Of a stretch of DNA of 22,754 bases, positions 1-8,062 are shown piece by piece (the first letter of the stretch is position 1; every line of letters starts with the position of its first letter). Origin of the DNA: an uncultured Eubacteriales bacterium (lineage in GTDB: Bacteria > Bacillota > Clostridia > Oscillospirales > Butyricicoccaceae). Position numbers and translations under genes: made by a program. Under the pieces are notes generated by a model, which did no database searches, was not told the origin of the DNA, and saw nothing but the letters and a program-made list of their open reading frames with translations. The DNA is taken from NCBI GenBank assembly GCA_905199135.1, contig CAJKFC010000020.1, positions 1-22,754 of the forward strand, in the 5' to 3' direction.

Positions 1-1855
1 CTTCCCGCTTGCGCAAAGCGCCCCGGGATCGCTGGATCCCCCGGTCCGCCGCCCGCTGGTCCAGCCCCGGTATGGCCCGGATGGCCGCCACCAGCTTTTC
101 CATCTCCTCCCGGGTCTCGTTCACCAGCCGGCGGGAATCCTCCCGGGCCTTGGCCCGTAGCCCTTCCCGCTCCCCTTCCAGCCTGGCCCGCTGCTTTTCC
201 ATCTCCTCCCGCAGCTTGGCGGTGGCGTCCCGCTCCGCCGCAGCCAGCCGGCGTTCCTCCTCCGCCCGGCGGCGCTGGGCCTCCGCCCCGGAGATCACGT
301 CCTCAAATTTTACGTCCTCGCCCTTGAGATATTCCCGGGCCTTTTCGATCAGCCGCTCCTCCATGCCCAAGCGCTTTGAGATCTCAAAGGCGTTGGACTT
401 GCCCGGGATGCCGATGAACAGCCGGTAGGTGGGGCACAGCCGGTCCACGTCAAACTCCATGGAGGCGTTTTCCATGCCCGCCCGGGTCAGGGCAAAGGCC
501 TTGATTTCGCTATAGTGGGTGGTGGCCACGGTGCGGCAGCCCCGGCTGTGGAGCTCCTCCAGGATGCTCATGGCCAGCGCCGCGCCCTCCACCGGGTCCG
601 TGCCCGCCCCCAGCTCATCCAGCAGCACCAACGACCCCGCGTCCGCCTGCTTGAGGATCTCCACGATGTTGGTCATGTGGCTGGAAAAGGTGGACAGGCT
701 CTGCTCGATGCTCTGCTCGTCGCCGATGTCGGCGTATATGCTCTCCATTATCCTGACGCTGCTCGTCTCGGCGGCAGGTATGAAAAGGCCGCACTGGGTC
801 ATAGCGGTCAAAAGGCCCAGGGTCTTTATGCTGACCGTCTTGCCGCCGGTGTTGGGGCCTGTGACGATGACTGTATCATGGCTTCCGCCTATGCTTATGG
901 GCACGGCGGTCTTTCTGTCGAGAAGGGGGTGACGGGCGTTTATGAGATTGGTCTCGCCCTTGTCGGTGACGGTCGGTCTGTTGCCCTCCATCTTATAGGC
1001 CAGCTTGCCCCTTGCGAATATCAGGTCGAGCTGACACATTATCTCATAATCGTCGCATATTCCCGTGCCGAACTGAGCCACATCTGCCGAAAGCTCATAG
1101 AGAATCCTCTCCATCTCCTTCTGCTCGGCGCTCATAAGGGTCTTTATCTCGTTGTTTATCTCGACAACAGACAAAGGCTCTATGAAAAGAGTCGCTCCCG
1201 AGGAGCTCATGTCGTGGACAAGTCCGGGAAAAGCCCCCTTGTGCTCGCTCTTTACAGGCACAACATAGCGGCCCGAACGGAGAGTTACTATATTTTCCTG
1301 GAGCATTTTGGAGTAGGTTGGGGAGGTAATTATTTTATTGAGAACCTCCTTGACCTTGCCCGAGCAGCGGCGTATCGACTTGCGTATGTCGTAAAGCTCG
1401 GTGCTGGCGGTGTCTGCCATCTCCTCCTCGCTGATTATGGCGGAGTTTATCTTGTCCTCCAAAAATCTGTTGCCCGAAAGCCTTTGGAACATGCCGTCGA
1501 GGCATGTGGGACCGTTTTTGTTGTTTTCAATATAGTTTTTGCAGCCCCTGACGGCGGCAAGCAGGGAAGCCACATTCATAAGCTCCCTGTGGTTCAAAAG
1601 TCCGCCCATGTCTGCCCTCTTTACGCTTTCGGTGACATCGGTGACACCTGCAAAATAGGGGCTGCCGTAAAATCCCATGAGCTTTACTGCGTCGGCGCAC
1701 TGATTCAAAAGCCTTTCGCACTCAAAGAGAGTGACGGCAGGAGTGAGCTCTCTCGCCCTCTCCTTGGCTTTCTGACTGGCAGCCTCGGATGCCAGCATGT
1801 CGAGCACCTTGTAAAGCTCTATGGTATTAAGTGATTTTTTCTGTAAATCTGTCAT
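1..1855 (-). CDS. mutS2: Endonuclease MutS2. Partial: the start codon is at 1855 and the 3' end (including the Smr domain) runs off the window start
   Basis: The minus-strand frame is open from ATG at 1855 to position 1, about 618 codons with no stop. Translation begins MTDLQKKSLNTIELYKVLDMLASEA. It contains Walker A GPNTGGKTV (encoded near nt 850) and LLDELGAGTDP. The C-terminal part is an Ala/Arg/Glu-rich coiled coil (EERRLAAAERDATAKLREEMEKQRARLEGE), typical of the region before the Smr domain. The start overlaps the recO stop as ATGA. The plus-strand ORFs 9..428 and 515..1834 are antisense shadows of this gene. Confidence 0.85.
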   Translation of the reverse strand, partial: MTDLQKKSLNTIELYKVLDMLASEAASQKAKERARELTPAVTLFECERLLNQCADAVKLMGFYGSPYFAGVTDVTESVKRADMGGLLNHRELMNVASLLAAVRGCKNYIENNKNGPTCLDGMFQRLSGNRFLEDKINSAIISEEEMADTASTELYDIRKSIRRCSGKVKEVLNKIITSPTYSKMLQENIVTLRSGRYVVPVKSEHKGAFPGLVHDMSSSGATLFIEPLSVVEINNEIKTLMSAEQKEMERILYELSADVAQFGTGICDDYEIMCQLDLIFARGKLAYKMEGNRPTVTDKGETNLINARHPLLDRKTAVPISIGGSHDTVIVTGPNTGGKTVSIKTLGLLTAMTQCGLFIPAAETSSVRIMESIYADIGDEQSIEQSLSTFSSHMTNIVEILKQADAGSLVLLDELGAGTDPVEGAALAMSILEELHSRGCRTVATTHYSEIKAFALTRAGMENASMEFDVDRLCPTYRLFIGIPGKSNAFEISKRLGMEERLIEKAREYLKGEDVKFEDVISGAEAQRRRAEEERRLAAAERDATAKLREEMEKQRARLEGEREGLRAKAREDSRRLVNETREEMEKLVAAIRAIPGLDQRAADRGIQRSRGALRKRE

Positions 1856-2595
1856 TTGATAACACCTTTCGGCATATCGCCGAGGCTCTCGTAAAAGCTC
1901 AAAGCCCTCGGCTTGTATTCTGTTTTATTTAGTATATATCCTCTCGCAAAGTCGGAAAGCATCTTTCCCCTCACATCATCCACATTAAAGGACAGCATCT
2001 TTTTCATGTCTGCCTTTATAATGTAGCTTAAAGCGGCAAGGGCGCTTTTGTCAAACTCCGTGCCGCCTTCTTTGGGCATAAAGGACGACAGAGAGCCGTC
2101 GCCGCAGCTTATGTAAAAACTGTCTTTTAAAGGCGACAGCGCCGTCAGAGATGGGGAATATCCCCAAATTACGGCGCATTTTATCTCGAACACCGCCTTC
2201 ACCTTCCAAACAGGGGCGATGTCACGGTCAAGAGCGTAAAAGCTGTTGAGCATAAGGCGCAGAAACTCGCCGCTGTCCTCGTCGTTTTCCTCAAAAAACG
2301 ATGCCAGGGAGCAAAAGTATGCGGCGAGGGCGTTTTTTTCCAAATCCACCGCCATGCCTGCAAACTGCTCTATTATGTCGGCCTCGTTCACCGAGAAATT
2401 CTTGCCGTTTTTGTAGAGGACGAAAGAACTGTATGTAAAGGGCTGGACGGCGGCGGCAAGGCCGCTGTTTTTACGCCCTATCGACCTGGCTCTCGCCGAT
2501 ACTTTGCCCATATTGTCGGTCAGTATGGTGATTATCCTGTCGTTATCTTTATATAGAGACGACTGAATCACTACGCCCTTTGCGTTTTCCGTCAA
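1852..2595 (-). CDS. recO: DNA repair protein RecO (247 aa)
   Basis: Translation MTENAKGVVIQSSLYKDNDRIITILTDNMGKVSARARSIGRKNSGLAAAVQPFTYS matches the RecO N-terminal OB fold and C-terminal helical region. The start is TTG, preceded by AAGGAGGAGG. The start overlaps the upstream small ORF stop (TTGA). The stop overlaps the mutS2 start (ATGA). Confidence 0.8.
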   Translation of the reverse strand: MTENAKGVVIQSSLYKDNDRIITILTDNMGKVSARARSIGRKNSGLAAAVQPFTYSSFVLYKNGKNFSVNEADIIEQFAGMAVDLEKNALAAYFCSLASFFEENDEDSGEFLRLMLNSFYALDRDIAPVWKVKAVFEIKCAVIWGYSPSLTALSPLKDSFYISCGDGSLSSFMPKEGGTEFDKSALAALSYIIKADMKKMLSFNVDDVRGKMLSDFARGYILNKTEYKPRALSFYESLGDMPKGVIK

Positions 2596-2687
2596 CTTTC
2601 CTCCTCCTTGAAGCTTCTGTACTCGAGATAATCCTTTATCTTTCCGCTTTTCTTAAATTTCTGCCATGCTTTTTCACGGTCGTTCAT
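2592..2687 (-). CDS. yqzL: YqzL-like small protein (31 aa), between era and recO
   Basis: The minus-strand ORF encodes MNDREKAWQKFKKSGKIKDYLEYRSFKEEES. Its size and its position between era and recO match the Bacillus yqzL slot. The motif pattern W..F...G.I..YL resembles the YqzL family. A weak GGTGAAG Shine-Dalgarno sits upstream. It is translationally coupled to recO. Confidence 0.5.
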   Translation of the reverse strand: MNDREKAWQKFKKSGKIKDYLEYRSFKEEES

Positions 2688-2763
2688 ATCTTCACCGCCT
2701 GTAATTATTTGTATCTATTTTTTGCGGCGGCGGCAAAATAAACCGTTAAAATTTTTGGCAATT

Positions 2764-3654
2764 CTACCTTTCGTAGCCAAAGCCTTTTACCGAATTGGGA
2801 TTGTCTCTCCAGTTCTCCTTGACCTTGACCCATATTTCAAGATGCACGGGCACGCCCAGCATCTTCTCTATGTCCTCTCGTGCCTTTGTTCCTATCTCCT
2901 TTATTTTTGAGCCCTGCTTGCCCAAAATCATGCCCTTGTGAGACTTTTTCTCGCAGTTTATGGCGGCGTTTATCACTCTCGCTCCGCTCTTTCTCGTCTC
3001 CTGTCTCTCTATCTCGACGGCGACGCCGTGGGGTATCTCCTCGCCCAGACACAAAAGCACTTTTTCCCTTATTATCTCGGCTATCATCTGGCTTTCGCTC
3101 TGGTCGGTCACCATGTCCTCGGGGTAGAGACGGGGGGAATCTATGCACAGCTTTTTCATCTCATCGAGGAGAATGTCTATGTTCTTTCCCCTTCTTGCCG
3201 AAATTGGCACTATTGCCGAAAAATCGTGGGCCTTTGAATACTCTGCGATAACAGCCAGCACATCGTCCTGCTTTATGGTGTCGCACTTGTTTATTGCCAG
3301 TATGGAGCCTATGCCGAGGGCCTTTATGCGGTCTATGAGCATCTGCTCGGGCACTCCTATCTTTGCCACAGGCTCGACGACGAGAAGGGCGGCGTCGCCC
3401 TCCGACACGGTCTCGTTTATTATCTCCACCATGTAGTCTCCCAGGCGGTTTCTCGCCTTGTGAAGGCCAGGTGTGTCAAGTAGCACCATCTGATAATCAT
3501 CGCTGTTTATAATACCCGTGACCCTGTTTCTCGTGGTCTGGGGCTTGTTTGTAACTATGGCTATCTTTTCGCCCACAAGGGCATTGGTAAGGGTGGATTT
3601 TCCCGCGTTGGGGCGTCCCACCACCGAAAACATGCCTGTCTTTATCATTTCCAT
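2764..3654 (-). CDS. era: GTPase Era (296 aa)
   Basis: G1 motif GRPNAGKSTL, then DTPG and NKCD motifs, and a C-terminal KH domain (GKQGSKIKEIGTKAREDIEKMLGVPVHLEIWVKV). It lies 12 nt downstream of the ybeY stop. Confidence 0.9.
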   Translation of the reverse strand: MEMIKTGMFSVVGRPNAGKSTLTNALVGEKIAIVTNKPQTTRNRVTGIINSDDYQMVLLDTPGLHKARNRLGDYMVEIINETVSEGDAALLVVEPVAKIGVPEQMLIDRIKALGIGSILAINKCDTIKQDDVLAVIAEYSKAHDFSAIVPISARRGKNIDILLDEMKKLCIDSPRLYPEDMVTDQSESQMIAEIIREKVLLCLGEEIPHGVAVEIERQETRKSGARVINAAINCEKKSHKGMILGKQGSKIKEIGTKAREDIEKMLGVPVHLEIWVKVKENWRDNPNSVKGFGYER

Positions 3655-3666
3655 ATCTTCACCCTT

Positions 3667-4161
3667 TTAGAGGATATGACTTAAAATATCCTCTTCGGCC
3701 TTTCTCATATTTTTCTTCATCTCGCCCTCGTCCTCATGGTCAAAGCCGAGAAGGTGCAGCACGCTGTGAACCGCAAGGTAGGCGCACTCCCTGTCCTCAC
3801 CGTGTCCGTATTCCTCTGCCTGCTCCTTCACCCTGTCGTAGCACATGAGTATATCTCCCAAAAGTACCGAACCGTCAGGCTCTCTCTGTATTCCGTGAAT
3901 GGGCACGCCCTCTCTCATATCAAGGAGGGGGAAAGACAGCACATCGGTCACCTTGTCCACACCTCTTTTGCCGCTGTTTATCTCTCTAATCTGATCTTTA
4001 TCGGTCATGGTTATGTCGACTTCGACATTTTCCCCCGGCAGATATGTGCCTATGGCCCTGAGTATGCACTTTTTGGCAAGCTCCTCGCCGTGCCTGTTGC
4101 GGGTGCTCTCTTTTCCGATGACGCCTATGGATATTTTGGCGACTTTAACTCTTTTTGACAT
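3667..4161 (-). CDS. ybeY: rRNA maturation endoribonuclease YbeY (164 aa)
   Basis: Zinc-binding motif HSVLHLLGFDHEDEGE (H-x3-H-x5-H) and TDVLSFP. It overlaps the phoH-like stop by 17 nt. Confidence 0.85.
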   Translation of the reverse strand: MSKRVKVAKISIGVIGKESTRNRHGEELAKKCILRAIGTYLPGENVEVDITMTDKDQIREINSGKRGVDKVTDVLSFPLLDMREGVPIHGIQREPDGSVLLGDILMCYDRVKEQAEEYGHGEDRECAYLAVHSVLHLLGFDHEDEGEMKKNMRKAEEDILSHIL

Positions 4162-5152
4162 CTTTTCTCACAAACTTTCTCTTTTCGCGCTTTGCGGCTG
4201 TTTCCTTTTCATATTTGTCATATGCCACTATTATCTTCTGCACCAGCTCGTGTCTCACAACATCGGCGGCTGTCAGCTGGCATATGGCTATGTCGTTTAT
4301 GTCTTTGAGCACTCGCATGGCGACTCTGAGACCCGATGTCTTGCCGTCGGGCAGGTCGGTCTGGGTTATGTCGCCGGTGATGACCACCTTTGAATTGAAG
4401 CCCATACGGGTGAGGAACATCTTCATCTGCTCGGGAGTGGTGTTCTGAGCCTCGTCCAGTATTATAAAGCTGTCGTCAAGGGTTCTGCCCCTCATGTAAG
4501 CCAGAGGAGCCACCTCGATGTTTCCCTTTTCAAAGTAATTCTGATAGCTTTCGGCGCCCATCATGTCGAAAAGGGCGTCGTAGAGAGGTCTCAGATAGGG
4601 ATCGACCTTGTTCTGAAGGTCGCCGGGCAAAAATCCCAGCTTTTCGCCTGCCTCGACGGCAGGTCTTGTGAGGATTATCTTGTTTACCTTTTTCTCCCTG
4701 AAAGCGGCGACGGCCTGAGCCACCGCCAGATATGTCTTGCCGGTACCTGCGGGGCCTATGCCGAGAACTATGGTGTTTTTTGATATGGCGTCTAAGTATT
4801 TCTGCTGTCCCACCGTTTTGGCTTTTACCACCTTGCCCCTCGATGTGACGCACACCACGCCCTTGCCTATCTCTTTGAGGGATTCCTCCCTGCCCGCCTT
4901 TACAAGGGATATGACATAGCTGAGCATCTGATGGTTTATCGTCTCGCCCTTGTTTATAAGTCTCAAAAGCTCCTCTACCGCCTTTTGAGCGAGATAGACA
5001 TTTTCCTCATCGCCCGTTATCTTTACCGTGGTGTCTCGGTTGATGACGGCGACATTGAAGCTCTTCTCTATCTCTTTTATGTTTTCATCCAGCGCCCCGA
5101 AAAGCGCCGTATCGTCTCCCGCCCTCTCGAGATTCACGATGTATTCTGCCAT
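4145..5152 (-). CDS. phoH: PhoH-like ATPase (YbeZ/PhoH family, 335 aa)
   Basis: Walker A GIGPAGTGKTYLAVAQAV, followed by ILTRPAVEAGEKLGFLPG, then DEAQN and a C-terminal KH-like region. GGAGG lies 6 nt upstream of the ATG at 5152. Confidence 0.9.
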   Translation of the reverse strand: MAEYIVNLERAGDDTALFGALDENIKEIEKSFNVAVINRDTTVKITGDEENVYLAQKAVEELLRLINKGETINHQMLSYVISLVKAGREESLKEIGKGVVCVTSRGKVVKAKTVGQQKYLDAISKNTIVLGIGPAGTGKTYLAVAQAVAAFREKKVNKIILTRPAVEAGEKLGFLPGDLQNKVDPYLRPLYDALFDMMGAESYQNYFEKGNIEVAPLAYMRGRTLDDSFIILDEAQNTTPEQMKMFLTRMGFNSKVVITGDITQTDLPDGKTSGLRVAMRVLKDINDIAICQLTAADVVRHELVQKIIVAYDKYEKETAAKREKRKFVRKDVKKS

Positions 5153-5166
5153 AAAGTTCCTCCGTG

Positions 5167-6303
5167 TTATACCGATTGTATTTTTTCAAGGCACTCCGCC
5201 CTGTATGTGCATAGATAGAAATCCCCCATGTCGGTCTTTTCAAGGCTGCTCTGCAAAAGCTGACCGCCGCTCTCATTTTGCACTTCGCCGTCCAAAAGGT
5301 TAGTCAAAGCTCGGTCATCGGGAATTTTCTCGGCCTCATAAGGCTCGTATTCCTCAAAAATTTCCTCTGTTATTCCGATGGGCAGCTCCATTTTTCCGAA
5401 TAAGTTCAGCCTATGGGATTTATATACTTTATCATAACACAAAAACGGCTCTTTTTCAAGAAAATAAAGCTTAAAACCCATGTTTCCCACTGTCAGTGTA
5501 TATCTTTTCTCACTCTCGCCCGTATATGCTTTTGCCTTAACAGTCTTGGGCAGATAAAATTCCTTTTTATAGTAGGTTTTCAGCGTTATGTCGGCGATGG
5601 AGCGCACCCTTTTTCCGGTCTCCTCGTTTATTAGAGAGGTGACCAGAAGGTCGCCTGTCACCACCGTATCCCCCTTTTCTTTTAGGGCTCTGCCGCTTTT
5701 GACTATGATCTCCTCGATTATGCCGTCCTTCTGGGCGTATATCTCCGAGGGCACGGTGTCGTCTATCATAATGGGTTTTTCGGTGCGGCTTTTGGTGACT
5801 ATCTCGGCATGACCGCCGCTGTAATTGACGGCGAAAAAGATTATGTCGTCGTATTTTTCCACAACATCGAGCTGAACAGTTTTAAGGTCTATTTCGCTCT
5901 TTACCGCCCCCGGCTTTATGCCGTACTCACGAGCTATCGCCAAAATCTCATTTTCTTTGGATAAATCGTCGGTGATGACGCTTATCGTCCATATCCTCGA
6001 GTTCAAAAGGCCGTACATGACCATGAGGAACACAATAGCCGAAAATATTCCTGCCCTTTTTCTCATCCTGAGCAGCGCAAAGGGAAGACCGTATTTTTTG
6101 GTGCTTCTCACCCTGTGGTGTCTTTCGGCGGCGTAGTCTCTGACCTTTTTATAATCCTTTACCGAAAGCTCAAGCTCTAATGTGTCGGCCTCTCTCTTTG
6201 CGGCGTAGGCGCACTCCATGCCGTTTTGCACCACATAGTCCAGTATGCCGTCGGGGTTTACACCCCTGACGCAAAATCTTATTCCGCCCTTCCAAAAGCT
6301 CAT
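5167..6303 (-). CDS. yqfD: Sporulation protein YqfD (putative stage IV sporulation protein, 378 aa)
   Basis: It occupies the yqfC-yqfD-phoH position. It has a single TM segment (IFSAIVFLMVMYGLL), an architecture and size typical of YqfD, and a GGAGGAG RBS. Its start overlaps the yqfC stop. Confidence 0.7.
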   Translation of the reverse strand: MSFWKGGIRFCVRGVNPDGILDYVVQNGMECAYAAKREADTLELELSVKDYKKVRDYAAERHHRVRSTKKYGLPFALLRMRKRAGIFSAIVFLMVMYGLLNSRIWTISVITDDLSKENEILAIAREYGIKPGAVKSEIDLKTVQLDVVEKYDDIIFFAVNYSGGHAEIVTKSRTEKPIMIDDTVPSEIYAQKDGIIEEIIVKSGRALKEKGDTVVTGDLLVTSLINEETGKRVRSIADITLKTYYKKEFYLPKTVKAKAYTGESEKRYTLTVGNMGFKLYFLEKEPFLCYDKVYKSHRLNLFGKMELPIGITEEIFEEYEPYEAEKIPDDRALTNLLDGEVQNESGGQLLQSSLEKTDMGDFYLCTYRAECLEKIQSV

Positions 6304-6565
6304 GGTCTCTCCTCCGAGTTTTCCACAGCGAAAATATCGCCCCTAATCTCCATATCCCCCGAAGACAGCCCTGTTATCCTGAGCTTTTCGCCTATTATCC
6401 TTACAGCACCTTTTTTGCCCTCTATCTCGATTATATCCTCATCAAAACGCCTTATTTTTTTGCAGTTTTCAAGGCTGACATAGGTTTTGCCCCACATCTC
6501 GGCCCTTATCTCCCCATTAAGCATTCCGTCGGGAAGCCCTAATTTTTCGGCACTGATTTTTGCCA
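6300..6565 (-). CDS. yqfC: Sporulation protein YqfC (88 aa from ATG at 6565)
   Basis: Translation MAKISAEKLGLPDGMLNGEIRAEMWGKTYVSLENCKKIRRFDEDIIEIEGKKGAVRIIGEKLRITGLS fits the YqfC family pattern. GAGGTGA lies 7 nt upstream of the ATG at 6565. The six-frame ORF extends to 6599, but the upstream Mets have no RBS. Confidence 0.7.
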
Positions 6566-6647
6566 TATGAAAATCACCTCGGCTATATCTATGCCGCAAA
6601 AGGTAATTTTATTTTCACGCCTTCATATAAATTGCCGAGGTGATTTT

Positions 6648-7799
6648 ATGAAAGCTTTCAAAAGCGTTTTTTCAAGGGGATTTTTCGTTCCCCTCTTTAT
6701 AACTTTTTTCGCCCTTTTGATGATAATTTTCCCGAAAGAGACATCAAAAGCCGCGTCGGACAGCCTAAACACCTGCATAAACTCGGTATTTCCCTCGCTG
6801 TTTCCCTTTTTCGTCCTGTCCTCACTTCTGAACGGCACGGGGGCGGTAAGAAGCATATCGAAGTTTTTCGCCCCTTTGGGAAAAAGGCTTTTCGGAGTCT
6901 CGGGAGCGGGCTTTTCCTGCTTTGTGATGGGAGCTTTGGGCGGCTATCCCGTCGGCGCCAAATGCGCGTCGGAGCTCTTTGAAAAGGGCGTATGCGGTAA
7001 AAAAGAGACCCAGAGGCTGCTGTGCTTTTGCAACAACACAGGCCCTGCCTTTGTCCTCGGCATATGCGGGGCTGCCCTTTTCAAAAACATAAAGGCAGGT
7101 GTTTTGATCTATGTCTGCCACATACTGTCGGCCCTTATAATAGGTCTTATCCTCAATCTGTTCATGGGCAGAGCCGACGATTCAGGCGAAATCTCCCTTA
7201 AATACGGCTCTTACCCCTCCTTTTCAAAGGCCTTTGTGACGGCCGTCACCTCGTCGGTGGACGCCCTTTTAAAGGTGTGCGGATTTGTAATATTTTTCTC
7301 GGTGGTCACCTCTCTTTTGGATAAGACGAGGTTTTTCGCCCTTTTCAGCGGTCTTTTTGCCCCAATTCTGCCCTTTGACGCCGCCGCTGCGGGATTTTTG
7401 GAGATGACAGGCGGTCTTTTCGCCCTGGAGGACATCGACATATATATAGCCCTGCCTCTGGCGTCATTCATAATAAGCTGGGCGGGAGTGTCGGTGCATT
7501 TTCAGACTGTCAGCCTTTTTGAAAAAGAGGGCCTTGTGACGGCAAGGTATTTTATCTGCAAGCTGTTTCAGGGACTCATTGCCGCCTTTCTCACCGCCGC
7601 CGCTTTGAATGTCCTGCCCTTTTCCGAAAGTGTATTCTACCCCGACCCCTATCTCATGCCCTACCCCTTCATTCCCCCCGAGTCCTATTTCAGAGGATCT
7701 ATTATACTTTCAGTCGGAGTTTTGATTTTCACGGCATTAGTTTATTTTTCTATTGTTTTTTTGGAAAAATGGCAGTATAATAGAAAGGAAAAGAGGTGA
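6648..7799 (+). CDS. ylbJ: Sporulation integral membrane protein YlbJ-like (nucleoside-recognition/Gate-domain membrane protein, 383 aa)
   Basis: A polytopic membrane protein. It begins MKAFKSVFSRGFFVPLFITFFALLMIIF and has the motif GALGGYPVGAKCASELFEKG, typical of Gate/nucleoside-recognition spore-maturation proteins. GAGGTGA lies 4 nt upstream of the ATG at 6648. The annotated ORF start at 6567 has no RBS and overlaps yqfC. Confidence 0.65.
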   Translation: MKAFKSVFSRGFFVPLFITFFALLMIIFPKETSKAASDSLNTCINSVFPSLFPFFVLSSLLNGTGAVRSISKFFAPLGKRLFGVSGAGFSCFVMGALGGYPVGAKCASELFEKGVCGKKETQRLLCFCNNTGPAFVLGICGAALFKNIKAGVLIYVCHILSALIIGLILNLFMGRADDSGEISLKYGSYPSFSKAFVTAVTSSVDALLKVCGFVIFFSVVTSLLDKTRFFALFSGLFAPILPFDAAAAGFLEMTGGLFALEDIDIYIALPLASFIISWAGVSVHFQTVSLFEKEGLVTARYFICKLFQGLIAAFLTAAALNVLPFSESVFYPDPYLMPYPFIPPESYFRGSIILSVGVLIFTALVYFSIVFLEKWQYNRKEKR

Positions 7800-7803
7800 C
7801 GCT

Positions 7804-8016
7804 ATGCTTTACGGCAAAAAAATAGAGCCCAAATGCGCCTACTGTATCCACGCCGAAAAAATCGACGACACATATTTTTTGTGCCGCAGGCACGGCCCCG
7901 TCGAGTGGAATTACAAATGCCGCAGATTTAAATATGACCCTCTCATGAGGGATATTCCCCGAAGACACAGGAGAAAAAGGGTGTTTACAAAAGAGGATTT
8001 CGATCTCAATCTGTAA
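7804..8016 (+). CDS. Small Cys4 protein with a basic C-terminal tail (70 aa), co-transcribed with ylbJ
   Basis: MLYGKKIEPKCAYCIHAEKIDDTYFLCRRHGPVEWNYKCRRFKYDPLMRDIPRRHRRKRVFTKEDFDLNL. AAGAGGTGA lies 6 nt upstream. It starts 4 nt after the ylbJ stop. A CxxC plus two more Cys suggest a zinc ribbon. Confidence 0.5.
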   Translation: MLYGKKIEPKCAYCIHAEKIDDTYFLCRRHGPVEWNYKCRRFKYDPLMRDIPRRHRRKRVFTKEDFDLNL

Positions 8017-8018
8017 TT

Positions 8019-8058
8019 AAAAAAGGTATCGCACAGCGATACCTTTTTTCTGTTTTTG
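8019..8058. terminator. Bidirectional rho-independent terminator between convergent genes
   Basis: An A-tract, then the stem AGGTATCGC / GCGATACCT with loop ACAG, then TTTTTTCTGTTTTT. Confidence 0.8.
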
Positions 8059-8062
8059 CGCC

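Noticed and set aside
515-1834. Plus-strand ORF of 439 aa (together with 9..428 and 519..932)
   Set aside because: It lies entirely antisense to the well-supported mutS2 reading frame. Its open frame is explained by high GC and the absence of stop codons. It has no RBS and no recognisable protein features.
2688-2763. Possible hairpin TTTTGC-GGCGGCG-GCAAAA between era and the yqzL-like gene
   Set aside because: The stem is AT-rich and only 4-6 bp, with no convincing U-tract. It is not supportable as a terminator or attenuator.
6567-6647. Upstream start (ATG 6567) for the ylbJ-like gene, giving a 410-aa protein
   Set aside because: It has no RBS, and it would overlap the yqfC start on the opposite strand. 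The ATG at 6648 is preceded by GAGGTGA.
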